Shown: piece by piece, positions 54,224-64,000 of the stretch
How positions within the stretch are numbered: position 1 is the stretch's first letter
Layout of the letters: every line of letters begins with the position of its first letter
Assembly (NCBI GenBank): GCA_000091205.1
Contig: AP006492.2
Length of the DNA: 64,000 nucleotides
DNA from: Cyanidioschyzon merolae
Lineage: Eukaryota
Reading direction: 5' to 3' (one strand)
Program-made: the position numbers and the translations under genes
Notes under the pieces: generated by a model
The model's database searches: none
What the model saw: the letters and a program-made list of their open reading frames with translations, nothing else
What the model was told of the DNA's origin: nothing

Positions 54224-55962
54224 TCACCGCCTCGTCTGGAGATGGAGGATGCACTTTAGTATCGAGAATGATGCCGTGCACGCGACCTCGGGTGACACTC
54301 GCGAACGCCGTTCAAAAGTCGAAAGCAGTCGCCAGCGGTTTACAGTAGTGGCGGCGAACGCGCCCAAGACAAAACTTCTCCAACTGACGTGCAGACGCCT
54401 CCCAGCCTTTTTGGACCGGCCGCCTACTAAGGGTTTCAACTTTTTCTCATATAATTCCACCTTGAGAGGTTCTTCCGCGAAATTCTCTCTGGTCAACTCT
54501 GGAGGTCTTCTTTCTATCACCGCGCACCTCCTTACATTGATAGCGGCGTTAAAGTCTTGGTTCACAAACTTCATACGTTTCTTGCTATTGATTGTACTTC
54601 CGGATGCACCTAGTCCAGAAACTTTCGCTTTCCTTCCCATGTGCTCTTCTGTTAGCGCTCCGTACTTTTGTATATCTTCAGGGCTCCTCGGGCACTTTTC
54701 CATCTCCACCCTCTGAAGTGTACATCCCAACTCATCGTGTATAGGCGATTTCCGGAACTCATCGATCGGTATCGTAACGAAACGCCTGCGCACTCCTTGT
54801 ATGTTCTTGTTGACGGCGCTGGTTGACACGCTTTCTGGGTCATCCAGTGCCCTGATCCATACGCTACTAAAAGCCTCTTACTCTTATCTTCCTTTCAGGC
54901 GCTCAACTGATTGAAGAAATCCGCGGTCGCCCGCTGCTTCCCACAGTATAGATTAACGCGCAGACGAGCCCACCGGGGCTTGGCGTACTCTTTCCACGGC
55001 GCTTCCCAGTCAGCAACACGGACTTTCGTGAATTTCAGAAAAGTTCGAAAGTCCGCTCCTCGGCTCGTCACCTCGCTCATAGCTTCCAGGTGCTCGTTCG
55101 CTCCTGCATTCCATGTCTCAACTTTCTTCCTTGCATTCATTATGCCCGATTCTCGACAGTATCTTGCTCTCGAGAGCTTGAAAAGACGCATGTCTTTCTG
55201 ACGCAAGTCACCGTCACTGCCATCTTCTGCACGCTTCGGTGCTGCGACGGCTATATTCATCGTGTTTCCGGGGTCCACGCCAACGACAAAGTCACTCTCA
55301 TGCACGTTCTGTGTGGCAGGATCCGCCTCCTTCTCATCTTCATGCTTCGTCACGGGCGAAGCCGAAGGCACGATAGGACGATCCGCCTTCAACCGCCGAC
55401 AGTGTGCACACATGGACACTCCATCGGTTTCGATCGTGCCCGTGAATACCCTCTGCTTGCTCACTTTGCGACGTTTGAAATAGAAGATATTCTTCCAGTA
55501 CGTCTCCCGGCTTTCACCGGTGAACTCCGTCTTCCTTCCATCGAACTGCGGACAGGTCTCCTCCATGACGCCGTAGAGGACTCTGGAGTCGATAATCACA
55601 TAGTGCGACTTGATGCTGCACAGCGGAGCGACGTAGAAGCGCTTACCCAGAAGCGCGGCCTTCTGTCGCTCCGGCTCTTCATTTGCTTTCTGACTCGGCT
55701 CCATCTCCGCCTTGCGCTCGAGTTTTCGGTTCAGGAATCCGAAATAGCGCACAATGGGGCGATAACATCTTTCTTCATCTCTTTTCATATCTGGTACCTT
55801 TTCCGCTCGATTCGCCAGCGCCAAGACTGCACGGTGCTCTTGAATAGCCGCGCGGATTACAGAAGCTTCATTCAGGCACCGGCGTGACGTCTTCTTGTCG
55901 ACAAATTCGATCTCCTGTACGTTCTGGCGATCGTTCGTGATGCCGTCGATGATGGCCCACAT
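54224..55962 (-). CDS. TnpB-like, Fanzor-type RuvC nuclease, copy 2, with the same split-ORF structure and the same putative 41-nt intron at 54867..54907. The copy-1 stop codon is lost, so the ORF reads 50 codons through the element terminus into the flank.
   Basis: The ORFs 55962..54895 and 54829..54224 differ from copy 1 by a few residues: K for M at 23, N for S at 31, 'LTKHEEKK' becomes 'VTKHEDEK', E to N, K to M, and 'QRMGMKKCQ' becomes 'QRVEMEKCP'. '[14 protein letters not shown]' is retained. Confidence 0.6.
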
Positions 55963-56788
55963 CGCGCGGCGAGAGAGGCCGGGGGGTCCAGCGCAAACAT
56001 GGCGCGTATCATGAAGCGTTCGAGGTTCACGATCATATCGTTCTTCAGGTGCGTGAGGTGCTTGACTGCCCCGCTGGTGTAAACACGCAAGTCACCCCTG
56101 TATCGAGTAACGTTGAAGCGGTATGCAGCATCATTTTTCATGCCGGGCATCCACTCGCTCATTTCGCCGCGACGTTTCCCCTATAGCAAGCATGAGGTGA
56201 CGAGTAAAGGTCTTGTAGAAGGCACGTTCCGAAACCTCAGCTGTTTCCAAGTGCGTCACGTCGCGATACATCTCCCTCGTCATATGCATCGGTCCTCAAG
56301 AAGCCTTGCAAACACTCCCGGAGTTCGACTCGGCACGGTTTCTGATGGCATCTCGCAACTTTTCCCCGTGCGGAGCAGTAGTATGCTTAAGAAGACAGGC
56401 TCTCACCACCATCTCGTCGTATCGCCGTCTTTCTTGCAGCCTTTATTGTCGGACCTCCCGCTTTTGCTCCTTCGTCCTCTCCTGTTCTTCTGAACTCGGC
56501 ACCGTTTTTTGTTTTTTCTCTGCCGGCTGTCGACGCTGTGCCCCCAGGATCCTCCATTTCCTTTTCCATGACTTTCCTTTTTTACATATTTGGAAATGAG
56601 ACTTCTTTGACCGCTTCTGCTACAAACCGCGAAAAATCACTTGAAAACAGTTACTTGAGGGTTAGTACACAACTGAGGTGAAGGACTGTACTCTGCTACG
56701 ACTGCAACGCAAATACGACCTGTACGGTAGAGCAACAAGAAAACGATTAGGAAAGATCGCGTTTCCCTTCAACGGCGAGATGCGCGTC
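54343..56788 (-). mobile_element. Fanzor/TnpB-like element, copy 2 (~2.45 kb), 98-99% identical to copy 1 and in the same orientation 20.9 kb away.
   Basis: Collinear with 33425..35878 at a constant offset of 20910 nt across the gene. Indels occur only in the 3'-terminal ~40 nt. The flanking DNA is unrelated. Confidence 0.65.
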
Positions 56789-56946
56789 CCGTCTCATGCC
56801 CGCCAGGTATCCCGGGTGCGCCTAGAGTGCGCGCCGCGTGCGCCACCGCAAGCGTTACAAATCGAAACACGCGCCGCAGCGCCAACGAACGCGCCATGCT
56901 TCATGCTTAGCGTTTTCGGGGGCTCACGTACTAGACGCCGCACAGT

Positions 56947-58236
56947 GTGATACCCGAGGCGCTCCGCTGCTGGTGGCGACTGTTTTTGGACAATAAACCG
57001 CACCGGGTCATGGATGCTGAACCGCAGCTCACCGCTGGGTCAGCAGAAACAGCATCAGCCTGCACTGCGTGCAACTCGTATGAAGCACAAATAAGAGAGA
57101 AGCGGCTTCGGAATCAGCGCCTTCTCGAGTCGCTCGGGATCGCGCAAAGTCGCGCTGTACTCCTCGGCAAGGCTGCGGGGAAGCGCAGCGAATCACTGAC
57201 CATTGGTGAGGACGCTGATCGCCCACAGAAACGAGGGCGGCGCGCTCGAAGCATCGCCGCCAACGCTGTGGCGCTACAGCTTTCCGTTCAGACGCGCAGT
57301 CTGCGCAGACGCTGCTCGCAAACGGAAACGAACGCCGCGGTGGATCCACTCACAACAGTCTCAGTGAATGCTTCGTCCGAGCGCGATGCCGATTCGAATC
57401 TGCTTCATGGTTTCCTCTCCATGCGGGCAAGCGAGAAATCGCCTCCATCTCTAGGAAGGTATGCATTTTGGGAGCCAATATATGACCCTAGAAATGATGA
57501 CGCGAGCTCCATAGCGGAAACCGAAAACCACTCCGCTGTGAAGGATCACTCGGGTCGACTGTTCGTTTTATCGAAGAAGCGAGTCGTCTCTGTGCGGCCC
57601 AATGAAGCTGGCAAGACGGCGCCGAAACAGACTCCTGCCGATCTGCGTGCTGAAAAGCGCCGCGCGTTCGAAAGTCGCTTCTGCGCGGATCTACCCCGCG
57701 AGCCGGCACCGTACGCCCTGCGTCGACTGCTGAACCATCATAGCATTGCTGCCTTCTGTTGCGGTACCGTCGCCGTGCCGTTCACACTTCGCTCCATTGG
57801 TGTTACCGTTCGGAGCTTAGGTCAGCTCGTGATTCGTCCGGATGATCCATTGGTGGAGCGAAAGTGGTTCTCGTCGCGCCTGGCTATGTACGCACATCCG
57901 TTTCCAACAGGTTATCATGCGACGAAAACGCACTGGAACCGGCTCTGGCATATGCACATCGAATCCGACCCGAATGGAGGCGGTCCCTTTTTCATCGTCA
58001 AAAGTGATGACGGTCGCGAGACCTACCGACGCCATACGCCATCGCATGCCTGGATGGACGCATGCCTCCATAGTCATGCGCCTGGGACGCGAATCAGCGG
58101 ACCCTTGTTTTTCGGATTCAGTGACCCGTGGCTGCAAACCGTAATCCAAACTCAATTAGTAGCTGATGCAGAGAAATCCGGGATGTTTCGGGATTCATCG
58201 ACCGCTTCTGAATGCATACTCGGCATGAAACGCTGA
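56947..58236 (+). CDS. FYR-domain (FYRN plus FYRC) protein.
   Basis: The FYRN-like block is 'RSLGQLVIRPDDPLVERKWFSSRLAMYAHPFPTGYHATKTHWNRLW'. The FYRC-like block is 'GPFFIVKSDDGRETYRRHTPSHAWMDACLH...GPLFFGFSDPWLQTVIQ'. Confidence 0.5.
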   Translation: MIPEALRCWWRLFLDNKPHRVMDAEPQLTAGSAETASACTACNSYEAQIREKRLRNQRLLESLGIAQSRAVLLGKAAGKRSESLTIGEDADRPQKRGRRARSIAANAVALQLSVQTRSLRRRCSQTETNAAVDPLTTVSVNASSERDADSNLLHGFLSMRASEKSPPSLGRYAFWEPIYDPRNDDASSIAETENHSAVKDHSGRLFVLSKKRVVSVRPNEAGKTAPKQTPADLRAEKRRAFESRFCADLPREPAPYALRRLLNHHSIAAFCCGTVAVPFTLRSIGVTVRSLGQLVIRPDDPLVERKWFSSRLAMYAHPFPTGYHATKTHWNRLWHMHIESDPNGGGPFFIVKSDDGRETYRRHTPSHAWMDACLHSHAPGTRISGPLFFGFSDPWLQTVIQTQLVADAEKSGMFRDSSTASECILGMKR

Positions 58237-59004
58237 TGATCAATACCGAGAACCTGGGCATTGCTTCTGCACCCGATTCAGAATACTATAGATCGGATCG
58301 ATGTATCTGGCTCGGGTGTGCACGCTAAAGGTTGGGACTCGTCCTAATGCCATGGACACAAGGCGTTGCGAACTCTTTCTGCGACATCGAGCTCTTGCTC
58401 TACGCTCTCTCCGGCTCTAAAAAACGCCAGTTGCTGCTCCTTATCCAGCTCCGTTGTCACCTATCGGTGCGTGTTGATAGCAACGCCCAAGTCCCGAACT
58501 CGCTGTGTACGAATGTTGTCGATGCATTTGATGTAGAGTCGGCAGTTACGATCTACATGACACTGACTATTTTTCGTCTTTTTTTTTGTATACAGCCCTG
58601 ATGCGCCTTTCGCAGCGGTGACACTCGTTTGTGATCAAGAGTTCCCGAACGTCCACTGTATTTCGTCCTTCGTGCACCGAATTGTGGCACCTAAAAGCTC
58701 GCTGTGTCGCTCGATACATGCACTTCACGGGTACGGAAGGGTTTAGTCAACGTCCTCCTCCGTTTCCACGCCTGGTGACACGCCCTGGGATCCAGGGCTT
58801 CTGCTAGGCGATCCCCTTTGGCAAGTACGCTGCCCACTGCAAGTGCAAGCACATGATGCTCTGCTCGATTGATGATTTTTGGGACTTGGCGTTGTCCACG
58901 ATCAAAAAGGTACCGGGCCCAGAATCCAAGCCGGAGAACAATTCGAGAAACCTCGGTCCATCCGCGCTCCTCTCGAACAAAGCGCTTACACACGCTCCAT
59001 CGTA

Positions 59005-59680
59005 ATCTATCGAAAGAACAGAAATCAAAAACTGATTAGCAACAAGATAAGAAATGCTTTCCACCTCTACGATAACCGTTGAAAGGGGAAAGATTTCTGT
59101 AGTTTCGAAAGTTTGGCTTCTAGGCGCAAGGTCATGCGAGCCGGACGAGTCTGCGGGGCTAGCGTTTCATGCTTCCCCCAGCGGCACTCGCTGAGGCGAC
59201 ATCAGATCAGCACATCCGCAACGCCGTTCATTCTGGCATCACAAGTCGTTGGAATGCGTCTGGGCGTCGCCCTGGTCGCAGTGGCTTCCTAGCATTCCGC
59301 TTAGTGTCGCCACAGGCAGTAAGTCGATCTGCGGAGCTTGCAAGCCCCCATAATGATTATGTTACTCGGACCCCGTGTCGAATGAACCACGTCTCGAGTC
59401 GACGCCCTCAGTGTCATGGCAAAGCCGTTCTGTCTCCGTGCTGCATCCGCACGATCAGTATTGAGGCGCTCCTACGGGTGCTCATGGCAAGTTTGGCGCA
59501 CGATGGAACGTACAGAACGACCAGTACATCCGAGAGCAGGTCATGGAACTTGAAGGTGCTGTTCAGCGTGATGGACGCTTTCCCGAATGTCAATTTCCAT
59601 CCCGCAATCTGGGATCCATGGTATATGTACTGAACCTGTAAAACCAAAAAGACTGGAATCAGTCGCAACGATGACTCAAA
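59005..59680. repeat. Diverged repeat family C, copy 2.
   Basis: See 35915..36590. Confidence 0.55.
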
Positions 59681-60279
59681 CCCGATTCCATGATCTTTCT
59701 ACATGCGAACAGAAGAAATGGGAGCCGCTGGAGACGTATCTCATAAACGGTACCATGGTACTGTCGAATCAAGTTCCTTCAACCACCAAAACCAGAGGAG
59801 GATTTATCTTTCGAGCTGACTCAGTTATTTCAAATAACCACTTTGGTAAAGTTTCTGCGTGAGCTCAAGAAGAGGCCATCAAAGGACGACATCCGATTTC
59901 TTTCCTCGTCTATCCAGGATCGCGTATGGCTTCGCCCACCAGTTGCCTTGAAACAAAAAGGTCGACAAATGAATGAATCCGACATTTGAGCACACTACAC
60001 ATATGGTAAGGAGAAGAACGGAGGCTTGCACGTATGCATTGGATAATATCATTGATTATTTTTCGAAAAACTGTACGAGTCCATCGAGAATCATCTCAAC
60101 TCCACTGACGTAAAGAAATCCATCGGCGACTCGTCGAAGCAGGCACTCTCCGAAATCACAACCGAGAATCCGAAACCCAGGGATGCAATCGAAATCCCGG
60201 ATCGCTGCAACACGCATCTCCATGCTGTACATCTTGCGAACAACTTAGAATGAATTGAACGATTATACCAGAGCAGCCG

Positions 60280-60915
60280 TTGTGTCCATTTTCTTTTGAT
60301 GTGGGAGATCGCGCAGCGGGCGTTGTCTGTTGTCCAACCAGCGGCTACGAAGCGACGTTTGCGGCTTACGTCTATTGTATCGCTCTGTTCACGACCTCTG
60401 TTTTCCTGGTTGCTCAAATGAGGCCACTTCGGTTTATGACACGTGTGGCCGTGGGTTTAACTGGCGCGCTGGCGCTGGGAGCGGCTGCATCCGTCCTCCA
60501 AGATCCACTTTATCCAACAAGAGTGCTCTACACGCACACAACGAGTTTATCGGGACCGCGCTCGACAGCGGCGCTCATTGGCCGCCTGTATGCAACGTGG
60601 TTGCTGACGTCTGGAAGTGTGCGCATCGTTGCGGCAGTTCGTTACGGCTCCGTGGCGTGTCGTCTGCTAGCTGCACTCACGTACGTCATCGCACTCGCGC
60701 ACTTCTACACGGAGGTGTTCTGGTTCGGTACATTATCGCTGCACCCGGCCGGTCGTTTACCGATCATCGTTGCTAGCTGTTGCCTTGGACTGCTGTTTTT
60801 GGACGCGGTGTCGACAGTGATCCTCCAGATGCGCGGTGGCAAGCACCACCCTGAGAAGAGCGGGCCCGGGCGCGGCACCGCAAGATCCCAAAGGCCAAGA
60901 CGTCTTGATGACTAG
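60280..60915 (+). CDS. Hypothetical multi-pass membrane protein of 211 aa.
   Basis: It has 5 or 6 hydrophobic helices such as 'AAYVYCIALFTTSVFLVAQ', 'VAVGLTGALALGAAASVL' and 'LLAALTYVIALAHFY'. Minus-strand members of the small paralog family flank it at ~60064 and ~63845. Confidence 0.3.
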   Translation: MCPFSFDVGDRAAGVVCCPTSGYEATFAAYVYCIALFTTSVFLVAQMRPLRFMTRVAVGLTGALALGAAASVLQDPLYPTRVLYTHTTSLSGPRSTAALIGRLYATWLLTSGSVRIVAAVRYGSVACRLLAALTYVIALAHFYTEVFWFGTLSLHPAGRLPIIVASCCLGLLFLDAVSTVILQMRGGKHHPEKSGPGRGTARSQRPRRLDD

Positions 60916-62012
60916 GACGCGTCTACAGAGAGAGCTCCTTTTTAAGGTTGAGGATGTTGCTCGAGCGGGTATATCTTCGATGAAGCGTGCTTTGTCAGCA
61001 GATAAGCACGAAAGAAAGCGGAGATGTGCAGGGCATGGATAAGTTCGCGCGACTACGGCCAGAGGTATATCCGCGAGCAGGGCACCCGAGTGCGCCCAGA
61101 ACGCATAGAGTTGCACGGCTAGACCGACACGAGGAAGCGCAGGAAAACGCGGAATGTGCACGGGTCATCGAGCCAACCTCAATGCGCAAGAGTGATGCGT
61201 GTTGTTCTTCAACGAGATACTTGAGTGAACGCAACTTGTCTCAACGCGGACTCCAAGCTGTCCTCTGGATACCGAAGAGTCATCCGCCGAAGACTTGCGA
61301 GGCGTGTCGAGCGGACGTCCACAGACATTTGTTTTTTTGTCTGACGTTGGACACGTATGCATTACGTTGATCGAGGAGTGTGCATGCCTCGCATAGCGCG
61401 CTGTCGTCATCAACCGCCAAGGTCTTGTACTCTTTGAATGCGGTTGAAGCAATGCTACACTGAGCGTGTGCTTCTATCGCGCTAGCGACACCATAGCATA
61501 GAACCTTACTATGACTAGCAGGTCTTCCATTTGTGCAGCTCCCGGGAGCAGACACGTTTTCCAACGGACGGAATTCCATTTGCTTCACGGGAAGAAACGA
61601 GAGCCTAGCTTTCCCAAGCATCGCTTCCCAGCCGAGGCGATTGTACCATTTGCTGGATTGAGATCCAGCCATTCTGTATGTTGACGCGCTTTCATTTCAA
61701 CATCCTGACATGTGGTAACATGTTCAGACAATCTCATTGCATGAATTTCGAATAAAGCAACCTGTACAACTTTTGTACCTGTCTGTCAGAGACCTGACTT
61801 GCAGCAGCAGCAGCAGCAGCGACCTCCTTATTGTCAATGCTGAACTTGTCTGCAACGTACCGCAAAGTTTCGTTCGACATTTCAGCAATGCGCTCCAAGA
61901 CTCGTTCGCAGAATAGGCACGGGCCAGTTCAGTCGTTTTCAGACTGCTCCAGTGGCGCTCTAGAACCGAGCAGTGTCCCAGGACGGGTCGGTGAGAGGTT
62001 CCGTTTCCCACG

Positions 62013-62459
62013 CTAACTACCTTCCGTTGTACACGCGGCCTGCTCAGACGCTGTTTCCGATGGGTTTACAGCTGCGTCCGCTAAGAGGTTCGGAATGCCG
62101 TCGGCAATTACATAAAACTCTCCGTGTTCGCAGTGCAACTGGCCGCCTACGACGTGCGTCTCGAGCAACAGTCGCTGAAGAGCATCCAAAAGCGGCAAAC
62201 GGTCTCCGCTTTCGACCGCTTTTTCCAGCGCCGGCAGCTCCGAGGGGCTTGGAGCTGCTTCCGGCAGTGCATCCACACAGTCAGATTCTACAGAGACCGC
62301 TGCTGCTCGTAGCAGCGACCAGTCGAGTCGTGGGATCATGCGCAGCAGAAACCTGGGTTGGTACTCCACTGGGATTATGTCTACAGCGGAAACGTTACGG
62401 ATCGCCAATGGTTTCTTGTGTACGGGACAGATCAACAAGTTATGGGTCAGGAGACGCAT
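62013..62459 (-). CDS. TRM112: Trm112 methyltransferase activator subunit.
   Basis: 'MRLLTHNLLICPVHKKP' matches the Trm112 N-terminus MKLLTHNLL. A C-terminal 'LHCEHGEFYVIADGIPNLL' matches L.CP..G..FPI..GIPNML. Confidence 0.8.
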   Translation of the reverse strand: MRLLTHNLLICPVHKKPLAIRNVSAVDIIPVEYQPRFLLRMIPRLDWSLLRAAAVSVESDCVDALPEAAPSPSELPALEKAVESGDRLPLLDALQRLLLETHVVGGQLHCEHGEFYVIADGIPNLLADAAVNPSETASEQAACTTEGS

Positions 62460-63235
62460 TGATCTCTTAAAAGAAAACGAGTTTCGTGCAAGCGGCCTCT
62501 GAAGCTGCGACTCGTTCGTTTTGTAAAGTTCGCTGCGGTCGTCCGGGCCGAAAACGCCGAGCGACTGTACGAATGTCTTTACGATGAACGCGTTATGTGC
62601 TAAGTTCGTGCTTTTGCTGACAGCGACCGCGCAACCGGGGGTTTGCAGTCAGATAAAACGTGCTTTTATCATTAAAAAGCATTTACTTGCCAGTGGGCGC
62701 TATGCGGTCCTTAAGCGCCGAAGGCAGCGATATCAGAATATCATAGAACCGGTCTATACAGCCACCATAAGCATGTACACTCTGAAGTTTGCATCGTTTT
62801 CAGTGGCCACCAACGCCCGGGCCTTGGCGAGCTTTTTCCGCGACTGGTTCCTGTTCCTCTAGCTGATTTCCGGCTAGAAATACGCAGGTCTCTCCTTGTT
62901 ATCCCGCCCAGTTGTAGGCAATCGAAGGATGCTGAAGGCAGTGCTCCCGTCCATATCTCGTTGCTTCTCGGTGTTGTCAATACATCTAACAGAGAGACAG
63001 TGGTTGCGATCTGGGCATCGCTTGTCATCTCCATGTTCGATGAACGCTGCCTCGAGGCGCACTTGCAGCGGTGACAGTTGACTGTGGTCAGATGCTCCCG
63101 TATGCTCAGCAGGCCTCCTCGTGGTCAGCAGATCGCCGCCCTGTGGCGCATGAGGGCTAGCACCAGCGCCCGGTACTTGCCATTGACGGGTGCAGGAGGC
63201 TTTGTATTTGCTGGCCTCCGCCGCTTCCGTGCCCG

Positions 63236-63751
63236 ATGCAGTGCCCTAGCATCACGTGCTTCTTCAGGGCAATCCATTTGACAAGTACTGTGACTTGTTT
63301 TACAAGCAAGCGCACGCACTTTCATTCGATAAATGATTTTTGGGGCGCCAGCTTACCCGCGATGCAGCGAGCACCGAAACGAAAATCCAGATTTCAAACC
63401 GAGTCCAGCGATTCCGATCCCTCTACGCTCCCTTTGTGGAAAGCGGTGACGCGAGCTCCAAAAAAAGATGTTGCTGCGATGATGGAAATTCGAGCCCAAG
63501 ACGATTTCCTGCTAGAGCTGCGTCGGAAGCCTCTGGACGCACGTTCCGCGAGAGATGTGGTGCTGCAGTCGAATGCAGTTGCATCCATGACTGCAAAGCG
63601 AGGAAGATTTGTCACGACAAGATCGGTGAATCTTCGGCATGAGCTTATGCGGAAGTTGTCAAGCGACGACGCTGAGCTTTTTGTTGTCAATCCAGCGGCT
63701 CGACATGCTGTGCCCAAGAGTTGCCTTGAACCAGACGGATTGAATACTTGA
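63236..63751 (+). CDS. Hypothetical protein of 171 aa with no recognised domain.
   Basis: ORF only. Confidence 0.2.
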   Translation: MQCPSITCFFRAIHLTSTVTCFTSKRTHFHSINDFWGASLPAMQRAPKRKSRFQTESSDSDPSTLPLWKAVTRAPKKDVAAMMEIRAQDDFLLELRRKPLDARSARDVVLQSNAVASMTAKRGRFVTTRSVNLRHELMRKLSSDDAELFVVNPAARHAVPKSCLEPDGLNT

Positions 63752-64000
63752 AGAATGCATAGTTTTAGCACACTACGCATAAGAAAACGATAATCTAGGA
63801 GGTTTCTACTTTTGCATCGGATAATGCAATGGGTTAATTTACGAGCCCTTGCTCGAGTGCGTCGCGAATCATCTTGACACCGGTGACGTAACGAATGCCA
63901 GCGGCAGACAGTCGAGGGCGCCACTCCGAAAACACGACCGAGAACCCTAAATCGACTAGTGAACCCCTGCATCCTTTTTGCTGCGTTTGGAATGTCGAGC

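Overview
By eye the window is GC-rich (roughly 55-60%), gene-dense eukaryotic nuclear DNA with mostly single-exon ORFs, abundant tetra-, di- and trinucleotide microsatellites and several interspersed repeat families. The recognisable genes indicate a photosynthetic, intron-poor protist or alga. Plastid-pathway genes are IspH/LytB of the MEP pathway, geranylgeranyl reductase ChlP of chlorophyll synthesis, a thylakoid-lumen-type pentapeptide-repeat protein, a catalytically dead ClpP paralog (ClpR) and a membrane-anchored rubredoxin. Housekeeping genes are PAN2 deadenylase, cytosolic TyrRS, an NRAMP metal transporter, EB1, Trm112 and the ribosome-biogenesis factors Fcf2, TSR2 and LTV1. The most notable content is two ~98-99% identical ~2.45 kb copies (33.4-35.9 kb and 54.3-56.8 kb, same orientation) of an element whose only gene is a TnpB-like, Fanzor-type RuvC nuclease, i.e. 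a eukaryotic OMEGA-like RNA-guided nuclease element. The nuclease gene is split into two ORFs that a 41-nt GT-AG mini-intron would rejoin. A perfect GC hairpin lies immediately 3' of the stop codon at the element terminus, which is the expected position of an omega-RNA scaffold end. A third, degenerate relic of the same gene lies at 49.2-49.5 kb. Three further interspersed repeat families (A ~1.0 kb, B ~1.4 kb, C ~0.7 kb and diverged) and a three-member small paralogous gene family are also present. All calls rest on motif recognition from the translated ORFs. No database search was run.
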